Part shown: in pieces, positions 40,245 to 49,536 of the stretch
Layout: each line of letters begins with the position of its first letter
Numbering within the stretch: position 1 is the stretch's first letter
From: Methanomassiliicoccales archaeon
GTDB lineage: Archaea > Thermoplasmatota > Thermoplasmata > Methanomassiliicoccales > UBA472
Length of the DNA: 64,000 nt
Direction of reading: 5' to 3'
NCBI GenBank assembly: GCA_036504055.1
Contig: DASXVU010000045.1
Span: forward strand, 6,147-70,146
Made by a program: the position numbers and the translations under genes
Notes under the pieces: generated by a model
The model's input: the letters and a program-made list of their open reading frames with translations, nothing else
Database searches by the model: none
Told to the model about the DNA's origin: nothing

Positions 40245-41021
40245 TCACTTCTTCTTGCGCGGCATCGGCCTGCGATAGACCAGGTACACCGCGATGATCA
40301 ACACGATCAACGCGACGTAGAGCAGGGCATTGGTCGTTCCAAAGCCGGCCTGGTTATAGAAGAAAGTGGTCGTCATGACCTTGCCTCCTTCTTCGAACCC
40401 TACGAACGTCCCGTTCGGATCGATGTCCACCCTCAATTCGTGGGACCCCGCGCCCAGGCTGGTGGTGGTCCAATTGTATTTGACCACCTTCGTCGACAAC
40501 GCATTGACCGTCACGCTGGCCACGTGGATCGGGTCCTTGTTGCTCGCGTAGTCAACATAGAAGTACACCGGAAGGTCGGTGACCGTCATATTACCGGTGT
40601 TCTTGATCGTGACGCTGAACACCACCGGGGCAATGACCTTCACGTTGAACTTCGTGTCATTGTTGTACGTGGTAACGGTCCCGTCCAAGTTGGTGGATGA
40701 GGCGAACACGTTGATGGTCAGGTCGCCGAGCACCTGCGGGGTGGTCAGGTTGAACTTGAAGACCCCGCTGCTCGATGAACTGGACCCGCTGTTGATCAGC
40801 GTGGCGTTGGTCGCCGCGAAACCGGTCATGGTCACCTTGCAGGCATATGTGCCGTTCGTTTCGGAGGCTGGGCCCCCCTGAACGGTGATCGTATACTGGG
40901 TAACCCCTCCCAGATTGACCACGTTCGGACCGCTTACGGTCGCCACGATCGTTGTGTCGGTCGCGCCCTGTACCGGCAGCACAAGCGTTGCCGCCACGAT
41001 CATGCACACTACCATTGCCAA
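40245..41021 (-). CDS. Secreted CARDB/Ig-like protein with a C-terminal TM anchor (258 aa)
   Basis: A short signal-like N-terminus is followed by a CARDB-like module (SVTIKNTGNMTVTDLPVYFYVDY...GAGSHELRVDIDPNG). The C-terminus is ALLYVALIVLIIAVYLVYRRPMPRKKK. The start is TTG at 41021 or ATG at 41015, which is 5-11 nt after the aglB stop. Confidence 0.7.
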   Translation of the reverse strand: MAMVVCMIVAATLVLPVQGATDTTIVATVSGPNVVNLGGVTQYTITVQGGPASETNGTYACKVTMTGFAATNATLINSGSSSSSSGVFKFNLTTPQVLGDLTINVFASSTNLDGTVTTYNNDTKFNVKVIAPVVFSVTIKNTGNMTVTDLPVYFYVDYASNKDPIHVASVTVNALSTKVVKYNWTTTSLGAGSHELRVDIDPNGTFVGFEEGGKVMTTTFFYNQAGFGTTNALLYVALIVLIIAVYLVYRRPMPRKKK

Positions 41022-41026
41022 CGAGA

Positions 41027-44000
41027 TCAGCGCTTTCTTCGTGTGAACACCCCCTTCTTCACGGTAAGGTAGATGAGGAGCACGAACAGCACCATCACCA
41101 ATGCCAGGAGAATCGTTGTTTCCAGGGTCAGGGTCGCCTGCGTGGATGACGTCTTATCGCCAGTCACGGCCAGACCGCTGCTCGGGATGTTGACCTTTGG
41201 CAGTTCGGGCGAGAACACGTAGTTGAATGACGTGCTGTCGTTACCCGCCGACTGGATAAGGATGCTCGCGGTCGGGTTCAGGGCCGGGGCGACCGACGTG
41301 GAGTTCGGCAGCATTGAGAACTCGATGTACTTGAAGCTCTGGCTGGTGACGGTAACGTTCACCTGGTCCACGTAGTTCCCGGTGCTCTTCAGGGACACGT
41401 CCCATCCCTGCGCCCTCAACGCATCCCTGTTGACGACCGATACGAAGTACGTGTCGTCGATGTTGCCGTTGTTGTTTATCTTGATCTGATACCGATAGTT
41501 CGTTCCGTTGTTGGCATAGACCTGCGCTTGAGTGGCGTTGACCTCGAAACGGGGCACGATCGTGACGTTGGCCAGTGTCGTCGCCACCACCGATGAGTCG
41601 TTGGCGGAGGTAGCGGTGAACGTTATCGAGTTCTGGGTGACCTTGACCGTCTTCGACGGGGTTATGGTCATCTGGACGGTCGTGACCCCGGTCGCACCGA
41701 AATCGAGGGTTACGCTGTTCTTCGACAACGTTATGTTCCAACCGGCCAGAGAGGCGGCCAAACTGTAAGTGTCGGCCAGATCACCGGTGTTGGTCACAGA
41801 GATGTTGTACACCGCTGTCTGGTTGGCGCTCAGGGTGGCCTTCTGGGACGGATCCCAATAGACCTTGACGCTGCGAGTGCTGGCGCGTTCCAGGACGATG
41901 TTGAGCAACGTATCCGCCGTCAGCGTCTGGGTGACGGTCTTGGTGTATGGGATGTTGGATCCCTGCTCTACCAGCGTCGTCGTCGCCTTCACATCATAGC
42001 TGCCAGCGGGAAGGAGGACGGAGTAAGTGCCATCCGGCGCGCTGCTGGCTGTCATGTTCCCGACGGAAGAGAAGGTCAGAACGGACTGCACCGGCAAGGC
42101 CCCAACCGAGGTGGTGCCATGGATCGTAAACCCAGGCACCAGCTGGATGTTCATTGTCTGGTTCAGGTAGCTCGTTACCGTGACCTTGCCCAGGAATGTT
42201 CCGCTCGTACCGCCGTTGGCATACGCACTGTATGTGCCAGGCGCGAGCTGGACATTGATGGAACCGGATGCCGTGGTATAGTTGGCCCATATCGCGGTAG
42301 GCGAATCGGGCGCGAAGCTTATCGTTCCGGACGCGGCCGTCGCTCCCACTCCGATCATTGTACCGGTCACTGTACTGTTATCGAACGACCTGACAGTGTC
42401 CAGATTCAACGGGAAGGTGACTGTTCCTACATTGATGGTTGCTGCGCCGGTGTACCTCAGGTAGCGGCTCAACCCATTGAGGGTGCCGAGCGTGTGCACA
42501 TCGACCCTGACGGTCAGCTGGCTCGAGGGCATGTATACCCCCAGATAACCAGTGGCGTTGGTCGTTGCGTTGTACGTCGCCCCGTTCGGAGAGCTGAAGG
42601 AAAGAGAGGCACTGGCATTCAGCTGCTTCCCTCCATTTTGGACCTGCACCTGCACCAGGCTTGCGGGCGAGGCGATCACGTCGTAAGCGCCAGGCCCAGT
42701 AACGGTGGTCGTGTTGAACAGCGCGAGATGACCGGCCGTCGAGCTGACGTCCGCATAGACCCCGTATACCCCGGACATGAGATAGATGCTGTACGCAGCC
42801 CCGGCGGCAAAGCTCTGTGTCCTGACGTCCTTGCCGGTAAATGTCAGCGTGGTGGCTCCGCCGGCGGAGACGCCTGTCACCAATACCCGTTCCACCACCG
42901 GCAGGCTGAGTGCCGTGGCATTCTGTCCGATGCGGATGGTCAGCGGAACGTTGCCCGCCTGCAGCTGGTATTGGTCATTGCTGTCGGTGGTCACGTTCTC
43001 GCTGATAGTGATGTTATACTGTCCGGGACGGACGCTCAACGTCAGATCCCCAGCGGCCGATGTGACCCCTTTGACCGTGATCGCGCCTTTGCCGACCGCG
43101 GTCAGCGTTACGGTCAACGGCTTCAACGGCGCTCCGCCGTTGAACGTAGTGGTCAGGGAAACGGTGCGGTTCGTCGGGACAAGCTTGATGTTGTTGACCG
43201 TAGAGGTGTTGAAATCAGCGTAGGTGACGCTGTAGGTCACATAGTTGATCAGCGACTCGGTCATGGTGTAGGTGCCATTGATCACCAAGGGCACGATGTA
43301 TGCCCCGGTGCTGTCGGTATAGAAGGTGACCTGTTCGCCCGCCTGGTTCGTAACCGTGATGGTCGCGTTCCCGATGCCTTCCGACGAACCCATGGACCCA
43401 TCGAAATTGGAGTCGAACCACACCTTACCAGAGAGCGTGACCGCGTTCACCATCGTGATGTTCTGCACACCGGTCCCAGGCAAGGTAAGGTCAGCCCAAT
43501 AGACCGAGGTGCTGCCTGCGTAAACATAGATCGAGTAGACCCCCGACGGGAGCAGTACCTTTGCTCCACCAGTCTGGTTTGATACCGCATAGACTGCGGC
43601 TGGGCTCGACTTTGACTTTATGACGAACTGAACCCCGTTCAGGGTGGCCGAGACCACCTGCAGGTTAGTGGCGGTCGCTTCCGCGAGAACCATGTTCTGA
43701 GTCACCGAGCCGGCGAGGCCGGTCACGTTGGCCAGAGCAACCAGCTGGACCCCTTTGACGGTGGCGAAAGAGTACACCGTGTAATTGTCAAGGGGCACCG
43801 TGATCGAATAGTCCCCGTTGGCGTTCGCTTCCGTCCAGATCTGCCTCTTGCCATTCATTATCTCGATCTGTGCGAACGGGATGGCGTTGCCATTATTGGA
43901 CGCGTGCCCGCTCACCGTCATCGCGGAGTATATCGTGAGCGCCTTGTTGAGCGTCTCACCGGCGGTCAGGCTGTAGGTCTGGCTTCCCAGGCTCATCAGG

Positions 44001-47000
44001 GAGCTGGCCGAGCTCAGAGAATAGTTGCCGGAGAACAGCAGATCATAGGTGAACTGACCGGCGGAGCTGGTCGTGGTGTTGATCAACCGACCAGTGGTAA
44101 GGTCCCTCAACTGGAGCTGGACATTCTGCGCCACATCGCCCGAGGGCAGCATGATGACGCCCTTTACCTGGGCCGGCTTGATCGCCAGATCTTTAGTGAT
44201 GTTGCCGTTCTTCGGGTTCAGGTCAACGGAAACGCTGCCGATGATGTGACCCTGGTATATGGCATACATGTTGACGGTGGCCGGGGGCAGACCAAGGAAC
44301 GAGTAACCGGTCGCGGTGCTTACCTGGCTCTTGAAGTAACCGGTGGTCTTGTTCTGCAGCACGACGGTGGCTCCGGTGATCAGGATGTCGGTCCCGACAT
44401 CGAACACCGAATCGCCGTCCCTGTCCCAGTATGCTTTACCGGACAGGCTGGCGGCGGTCAGATTGATATCGCCGTTGATCACCTTCTGATTTCCCCCCGC
44501 TCCGGTCGCTCCCATGGCCTCAGCATAGCTGATCGGATACGATTTGGTGGATATGATCGTGGCCAGTTGGGTCACGTTGTCCAGCGTGCCATAGCTGTAG
44601 GCGATGGTGGTGTTGCCGAACGGCGCGATTATGCTGTAGTTCCCGTTGGCGTCGGTCTTGACCGTCTGGTGCGGTATGCCGTACGGATAGTACGTCGGAT
44701 CCCGGTTATCGTCCAGGGCGGTCACGTAGACGTTCGGCATTGGTTCCTTGGTCTGTTCCGACAGCACGGTGCCAGATATCGTCACTCCGTCATAGTACTG
44801 GAGGAAGACGACAGCGCTGAACAATCCACCGGCGGACAGGTCGACCGTTCCGTTCATCTTGCCGGCACTTATCAAAGCCCTGTACTCCTGCCCCTGGGTA
44901 TAGTTGATGGCTACCCAGGAATCGGTGTGGTTGCTATAGTCGGTGTACGGATTGAAATAGGCCGTACGGTAGACCATCCTGAAATGGGTCATGTTCCAGC
45001 CTTGCATAGGCTGGTAATAGCTAAGGCTTCCGCTTATGCCTGGGATGCCCTGGCTAGTCAGACCGATGTCGTAAGGCCCGTAGCCCATGAAGGCGCGGTA
45101 CAACATCGTCTTGTAGAACAGCGGGGTATAGTGTATGGCGTAACTGACGATCGTCATCGATGATGTCACGTCCGCCAGCGCATGCTCGGTACCGTATTGG
45201 TCCACCGCGGTTATGGTGTAGTAGTCCAACGGTGCGTTCGACAGGGGATCGATCCTCTGATCCGACAACTTCGCCGGTGCGTAGAATATGTTCTGACTGG
45301 TGGCCGAGAATGGGAACAGACGGCTGTCTACCGCGAAATACCCGATGTTGTAGCCGGTCAGGCCGCGCAGGTCGTGGTAAAGCGATACCAGCTTGTTCTC
45401 GCCGATCTTGGACAGTTCGACCCGGGCGGCCGCATAGTATGCGTTCAACACAGAGAGGTCGGTATCGTATGGCCCATAGATGGCTGGATTGTTCTTGACC
45501 ACGTTGACATAGTCTGACGGCCGGTACAGGATGTGATACATCTCGTTGTAGTTGACACCGTAGGTCAGGAGCAGGTCAATCGCCGAACGGGACATATCGG
45601 TGCTGTTGCTCAGGCCAACCTTCTCGATTATCCTGGTCACCATCAGAGCGATCGCTCCGGTCTCGTTCGAGCACATCAGGAACGACCCGGCCACCTGATA
45701 TCCATTCTGGAAATTGTCAGCAACCGTCGGGTGGCCGCCCGCCTGTACTGCTTCAAATCCGTAATCCCACCATGAGATATAGGCGGGTCTTTCCAGAGGG
45801 TTCGCGATGCCGCTATCCCTTTCATTCAACCATGACCATGCCGCTGGGTAATAGGTCGTTGGCAACGGCAGATCATATGAGAAGGCTCCCAAGTACCAGG
45901 TTCCATTATTAAGGTCGTATTTCGACGGCTTTAGGAAGTCTGGTGTGGCCAGGTAGATCTGCTTATCGTATGTTTTCTTGGTCTGGTTAGGAATCCCCGC
46001 ATCTAGAGCGGTCCACGCGTTGGGCAGGATGACGAGACCTAGCACCACCAGGAACACGAACACGTGCCGGAACTTGATCGATTTGCGCAGGTTGCGCAGC
46101 AAGCTGCCCCGCGAACCGGCCATCGATTTGTAGAACTCGCTGAACTGGGCCCGTTCGATGATCAGCATCAGGATCCAGCCCGCCATCACGGCGAAGGCCG
46201 GCGTGGCGTTGAAAACGAACCTCCCCGCGGAGGCGGCCATGTAGATGGACACACCCGTCCATACGACAAGGAACACCAGGTACGGGGTCAGGTTCTTAGG
46301 GATCCTGACCGCTGCATAGCCGACCCCGAACAGGGCTAGCCAGAACGTGACCGCACCGAATGACAGTGCCAGCGTAGAGAACGCCGGTGCCGTCGCCTCA
46401 GATATGGTCGAGTACAACTTGCTCTTCACCAGGTATCCTTGGCCAGATACGATGGCGTTAAAGAAGTTCGGAGATACTATATAGAACGCGATCAGCGCGA
46501 TGACCGATATCGCCGCTATGACCGGAAGGGTGATGGTCCACGGGTAATCCCTGGTCACCACGAATATCATTCCAGCTATGACCGCGACCAGGAACATCTC
46601 CACCGGGGTATCGAGCCATGTCTGGACATAGTTCATCTGGATGTACAGCGGCGCCATCACCAGGAAGGCGACGGCGAACATGATGCCTATCGATGCCACA
46701 ACACCGAGGGAATCGGCGTTCCGGAATCGATCGACCAACAGCTGAACGATCAGATATGCCAGTATGATGATGAGGACATAGGTATAACCGGTCCAGATCA
46801 TAGCCACCAGCGCGACGCACACGCCTGCCAGGGCCGCATAGAGCATTGAAACGCCGTTCAAAGACCCAAAGGACCTTAGACCTTTTTTCACCTCTGAGAA
46901 ACTGCTCCATTTGGAGACCCACCTATCCCCTTTTATGGTCTGCAATGCACGAAGCAGGAAATAGAACGCGAACACCACGAAGAACAAGACCATTGCATCG

Positions 47001-47569
47001 TGGTCAGCATCGGAGAATATCGAACGTTCGATGTTGCCCGCCATCAGGGCGAACAGTAGTGCCGCCAATATCGCTGGCTTCTTCCCGAAGGCCGCCTTGG
47101 TGAGCAGGTAGACCGGGATGGTCGTCAGGGCGCCCCATATGGCCGTCGAGAACACCAGTGCGAAGCCGAGCCCGTCCGTCAATGTCATTCCCGTCACCGT
47201 ATGCAAGAACATACCGGCTACCGCGACCGACCAATCGTACAGAGGAGGCCTTTCGTTCCTGATCCCCCATGGATAGTTGAGCATGTTGTCCTGGACGACG
47301 TGCTGACCGGTATTCGCCACGTTGTCGATAACACGCTCGTGGTAGTACGAGTCAGAACCGCCGGAGACAAGGAAACCGTTGTCAACCGAGGTCGAGTATC
47401 CAAAGTAAGTCCTGACGAAAAAGGCCAGGAATACTATTAGCACGATGATGAGCGCCGTTTGCCAGTTTCTTCCCAGCCAGGTATTCGAGAATCTCGAATT
47501 CAGTCTGGAAATTCCTGCGGAACGCTTCTTCTCGGCAGGGCTTTTCGACCCTTCCTCTGATGATGCCAT
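41027..47569 (-). CDS. aglB: Archaeal oligosaccharyltransferase AglB (STT3 family) fused to a ~1,250-aa Ig-like/CarboxypepD_reg-like/CARDB-like extension with a terminal TM helix
   Basis: The N-terminal domain is polytopic. WWDYG lies at aa 600-604 (nt 45758-45772). TISE (TIXE-type) lies at aa 388-391. Acidic loop motifs are GGSDSYYHE and SDADHD. Repeated beta-sandwich modules run from ~aa 930. The C-terminus is ILLALVMVLFVLLIYLTVKKGVFTRRKR. Confidence 0.85.
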   Translation of the reverse strand: MASSEEGSKSPAEKKRSAGISRLNSRFSNTWLGRNWQTALIIVLIVFLAFFVRTYFGYSTSVDNGFLVSGGSDSYYHERVIDNVANTGQHVVQDNMLNYPWGIRNERPPLYDWSVAVAGMFLHTVTGMTLTDGLGFALVFSTAIWGALTTIPVYLLTKAAFGKKPAILAALLFALMAGNIERSIFSDADHDAMVLFFVVFAFYFLLRALQTIKGDRWVSKWSSFSEVKKGLRSFGSLNGVSMLYAALAGVCVALVAMIWTGYTYVLIIILAYLIVQLLVDRFRNADSLGVVASIGIMFAVAFLVMAPLYIQMNYVQTWLDTPVEMFLVAVIAGMIFVVTRDYPWTITLPVIAAISVIALIAFYIVSPNFFNAIVSGQGYLVKSKLYSTISEATAPAFSTLALSFGAVTFWLALFGVGYAAVRIPKNLTPYLVFLVVWTGVSIYMAASAGRFVFNATPAFAVMAGWILMLIIERAQFSEFYKSMAGSRGSLLRNLRKSIKFRHVFVFLVVLGLVILPNAWTALDAGIPNQTKKTYDKQIYLATPDFLKPSKYDLNNGTWYLGAFSYDLPLPTTYYPAAWSWLNERDSGIANPLERPAYISWWDYGFEAVQAGGHPTVADNFQNGYQVAGSFLMCSNETGAIALMVTRIIEKVGLSNSTDMSRSAIDLLLTYGVNYNEMYHILYRPSDYVNVVKNNPAIYGPYDTDLSVLNAYYAAARVELSKIGENKLVSLYHDLRGLTGYNIGYFAVDSRLFPFSATSQNIFYAPAKLSDQRIDPLSNAPLDYYTITAVDQYGTEHALADVTSSMTIVSYAIHYTPLFYKTMLYRAFMGYGPYDIGLTSQGIPGISGSLSYYQPMQGWNMTHFRMVYRTAYFNPYTDYSNHTDSWVAINYTQGQEYRALISAGKMNGTVDLSAGGLFSAVVFLQYYDGVTISGTVLSEQTKEPMPNVYVTALDDNRDPTYYPYGIPHQTVKTDANGNYSIIAPFGNTTIAYSYGTLDNVTQLATIISTKSYPISYAEAMGATGAGGNQKVINGDINLTAASLSGKAYWDRDGDSVFDVGTDILITGATVVLQNKTTGYFKSQVSTATGYSFLGLPPATVNMYAIYQGHIIGSVSVDLNPKNGNITKDLAIKPAQVKGVIMLPSGDVAQNVQLQLRDLTTGRLINTTTSSAGQFTYDLLFSGNYSLSSASSLMSLGSQTYSLTAGETLNKALTIYSAMTVSGHASNNGNAIPFAQIEIMNGKRQIWTEANANGDYSITVPLDNYTVYSFATVKGVQLVALANVTGLAGSVTQNMVLAEATATNLQVVSATLNGVQFVIKSKSSPAAVYAVSNQTGGAKVLLPSGVYSIYVYAGSTSVYWADLTLPGTGVQNITMVNAVTLSGKVWFDSNFDGSMGSSEGIGNATITVTNQAGEQVTFYTDSTGAYIVPLVINGTYTMTESLINYVTYSVTYADFNTSTVNNIKLVPTNRTVSLTTTFNGGAPLKPLTVTLTAVGKGAITVKGVTSAAGDLTLSVRPGQYNITISENVTTDSNDQYQLQAGNVPLTIRIGQNATALSLPVVERVLVTGVSAGGATTLTFTGKDVRTQSFAAGAAYSIYLMSGVYGVYADVSSTAGHLALFNTTTVTGPGAYDVIASPASLVQVQVQNGGKQLNASASLSFSSPNGATYNATTNATGYLGVYMPSSQLTVRVDVHTLGTLNGLSRYLRYTGAATINVGTVTFPLNLDTVRSFDNSTVTGTMIGVGATAASGTISFAPDSPTAIWANYTTASGSINVQLAPGTYSAYANGGTSGTFLGKVTVTSYLNQTMNIQLVPGFTIHGTTSVGALPVQSVLTFSSVGNMTASSAPDGTYSVLLPAGSYDVKATTTLVEQGSNIPYTKTVTQTLTADTLLNIVLERASTRSVKVYWDPSQKATLSANQTAVYNISVTNTGDLADTYSLAASLAGWNITLSKNSVTLDFGATGVTTVQMTITPSKTVKVTQNSITFTATSANDSSVVATTLANVTIVPRFEVNATQAQVYANNGTNYRYQIKINNNGNIDDTYFVSVVNRDALRAQGWDVSLKSTGNYVDQVNVTVTSQSFKYIEFSMLPNSTSVAPALNPTASILIQSAGNDSTSFNYVFSPELPKVNIPSSGLAVTGDKTSSTQATLTLETTILLALVMVLFVLLIYLTVKKGVFTRRKR

Positions 47570-47688
47570 CTATATTCTCCTGAGGAAAACTAGCAGTTGA
47601 TGCAGAACGAGCTATTAAAACCTTAGTCCAAATATTTGGCATTTATCTCTATTGTCTGGATAGGACAATACTGACCCTTTGCGAAGAC

Positions 47689-48339
47689 CTAATTTTTCAG
47701 ATGTTTGATTTCTTCGATGTATCGGCCCGCTGCCGCTCTCGGGTCCGGGTCACCATAGATCGCCCGGCCCACGATGACGTAATCTGCACCCATCTCAAGC
47801 GCTTTTGTGGCAGAACCGCCCTGGGCCCCAACACCGGGGGACAATATCGAGAGGTTCGGTCCGATGATCTGCCTAATGGCCCTGACCCTTTCCGGACGGG
47901 TGGCCGGTGCGATGACCCCGGAAGCGCCGCAGTCCACCGCTATCCTTGCCAGCCTCTCTGCCGCCGGTGCGGTGAACTCCAATCCGCCCGGGTGGCTCAT
48001 TTCCGTGACCACATAGATATCCTTGCCATCGGCGGCCTCTACCGCTGCCTTGACCGAATCGCTTCCGGTGAACGCATGGACAATGACCCCGGAAGCACCA
48101 CGTCTTACCGCCTCGGAGACGATGAGCCTGTTGGTGTTCGGTATGTCCGCTACCTTGAAATCGCAGACCACCTCCGAAGAACGGGAAAGCCTGGTGATGA
48201 TCTCGGGTGAGGTTGAAAGGACAAGAGGCCAATTGATCTTTATGGCGTCGACCAGGTCGCCTACCGCTTCGGCCACATCCATGGCCTTACGCTCGTCTGT
48301 CTCGTCCAACGCCAGAATGAGCCTCGACCTTTTCCGCAT
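47689..48339 (-). CDS. pyrF: Orotidine 5'-phosphate decarboxylase
   Basis: Blocks LILALD, ...DFKVADIPNT... and the length of 216 aa support the call. Confidence 0.9.
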   Translation of the reverse strand: MRKRSRLILALDETDERKAMDVAEAVGDLVDAIKINWPLVLSTSPEIITRLSRSSEVVCDFKVADIPNTNRLIVSEAVRRGASGVIVHAFTGSDSVKAAVEAADGKDIYVVTEMSHPGGLEFTAPAAERLARIAVDCGASGVIAPATRPERVRAIRQIIGPNLSILSPGVGAQGGSATKALEMGADYVIVGRAIYGDPDPRAAAGRYIEEIKHLKN

Positions 48340-48431
48340 GTCTTCGCCTTGGAGGGGGAATGGTTGTTCCCTTAGTATCTTTTCCGTCTTCCGGGGAAGT
48401 TTTTATTAATCCGGTCGGCGTCCGAAGCACG

Positions 48432-49496
48432 ATGGTTCAGATCAGGCGAATGCAGGCAGGGTCCTGCTATACCGGCGACCTGCCGGAAGGCTGCCTCCAG
48501 TGCAGGAAAGGATCAAAAATGGTCCTGCTGGTGACCGGACGATGCCGTATGACCTGCTATTACTGCCCCCTTTCGGAAAGGAAGAAGGGAAAGGACCTGA
48601 TCTTCGCCAACGAACGCCAGGTGTTCTCTGACGAGGACATACTGGACGAGGCCCGGAGCATTGGGGCGCAGGGCACCGGCATAACCGGCGGCGATCCCCT
48701 GGACGTCATGGACCGGACGATGCATTACATCATGCTGCTGAAAACGGAGTTCGGACCTGAACATCATATTCATCTTTACACCTCGACGGTCGATGGCAAG
48801 AAGTTCCAAGCCCTTGTCCAAGCTGGATTGGACGAGCTCAGGATCCACCCTCAGGTGGAGACTTGGGAACACCTCGACCTGGAAAGGATAGCTGAGTCGA
48901 TCAAGGATCTAGGCATCCCGGTCGGGTTCGAGGTACCAGCCATTCCTGGTGAGGAAAGGGGACTGGAATGCCTGATCGATTTCGCTGACCGTAACGGATT
49001 TGATTTCGTCAACCTCAACGAGCTTGAGTTCTCGTCCACGAACGCCGAGGCCATGAAGGACCGCGGCTTTGAGGTGATCGATGATGTCTCCAGCGCGGTG
49101 AAGGGAAGCGCCGTGATGGCCAAGGGACTGCTCAAGAAGGAGCGTCGGGTGGCGGTCCATTTCTGCACATCCAGCTTCAAGGACGCGGTCCAGCTGAGGA
49201 ACCGGATCAAGCGCCGGGCCAGAAGAGTGGCGGAAAAGCACGATCTGGTCACTGAGGAGGGATTGCTGATCAAAGGTATCATCGAGACCACTGATCCAGA
49301 AGCGGTGGCGATTCGATTGCGCTCAGAGTTCGATGTGCCGGAAACGATGATGAAGGTAGACCCGGAGAGGAAGCGGCTCGAAGTGGCGTCCTGGATCCTT
49401 GAGGACCTGTATCCCGAGTTGGGAATGGAGTGCTATATCATCGAGGTCTACCCGACGGCAGACCGGCTCGAGGTCGAACGCAGGCCGCTACGCTGA
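48432..49496 (+). CDS. Radical SAM protein (COG2108-like, PFL-activase related)
   Basis: The CxxxCxxC motif is GRCRMTCYYCP. The start was moved to the ATG at 48432 because the track start at 48360 lies only 21 nt from the start of the divergent pyrF gene. Confidence 0.7.
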   Translation: MVQIRRMQAGSCYTGDLPEGCLQCRKGSKMVLLVTGRCRMTCYYCPLSERKKGKDLIFANERQVFSDEDILDEARSIGAQGTGITGGDPLDVMDRTMHYIMLLKTEFGPEHHIHLYTSTVDGKKFQALVQAGLDELRIHPQVETWEHLDLERIAESIKDLGIPVGFEVPAIPGEERGLECLIDFADRNGFDFVNLNELEFSSTNAEAMKDRGFEVIDDVSSAVKGSAVMAKGLLKKERRVAVHFCTSSFKDAVQLRNRIKRRARRVAEKHDLVTEEGLLIKGIIETTDPEAVAIRLRSEFDVPETMMKVDPERKRLEVASWILEDLYPELGMECYIIEVYPTADRLEVERRPLR

Positions 49497-49509
49497 ACGA
49501 AAGGAATGG

Positions 49510-49525
49510 AAAAATCGGAAAAAAA
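49510..49525 (-). terminator. Oligo-T tracts (T5 and T7 on the minus strand) after nusA, the likely end of the rpo transcription unit
   Basis: The plus strand reads aaaaatcggaaaaaaa, 12-27 nt beyond the nusA stop. Confidence 0.5.
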
Positions 49526-49536
49526 GATCTACCCGT

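Noticed and set aside
42119-45163. Long plus-strand ORFs (487 aa at 42119-43582 and 419 aa at 43904-45163) inside the aglB locus.
   Set aside because: They are antisense to a gene with clear STT3 motifs and domain structure. Their translations are Arg/Gly/Asp/His/Val-rich low-complexity strings typical of stop-poor antisense frames in GC-rich DNA. No motifs were recognised.
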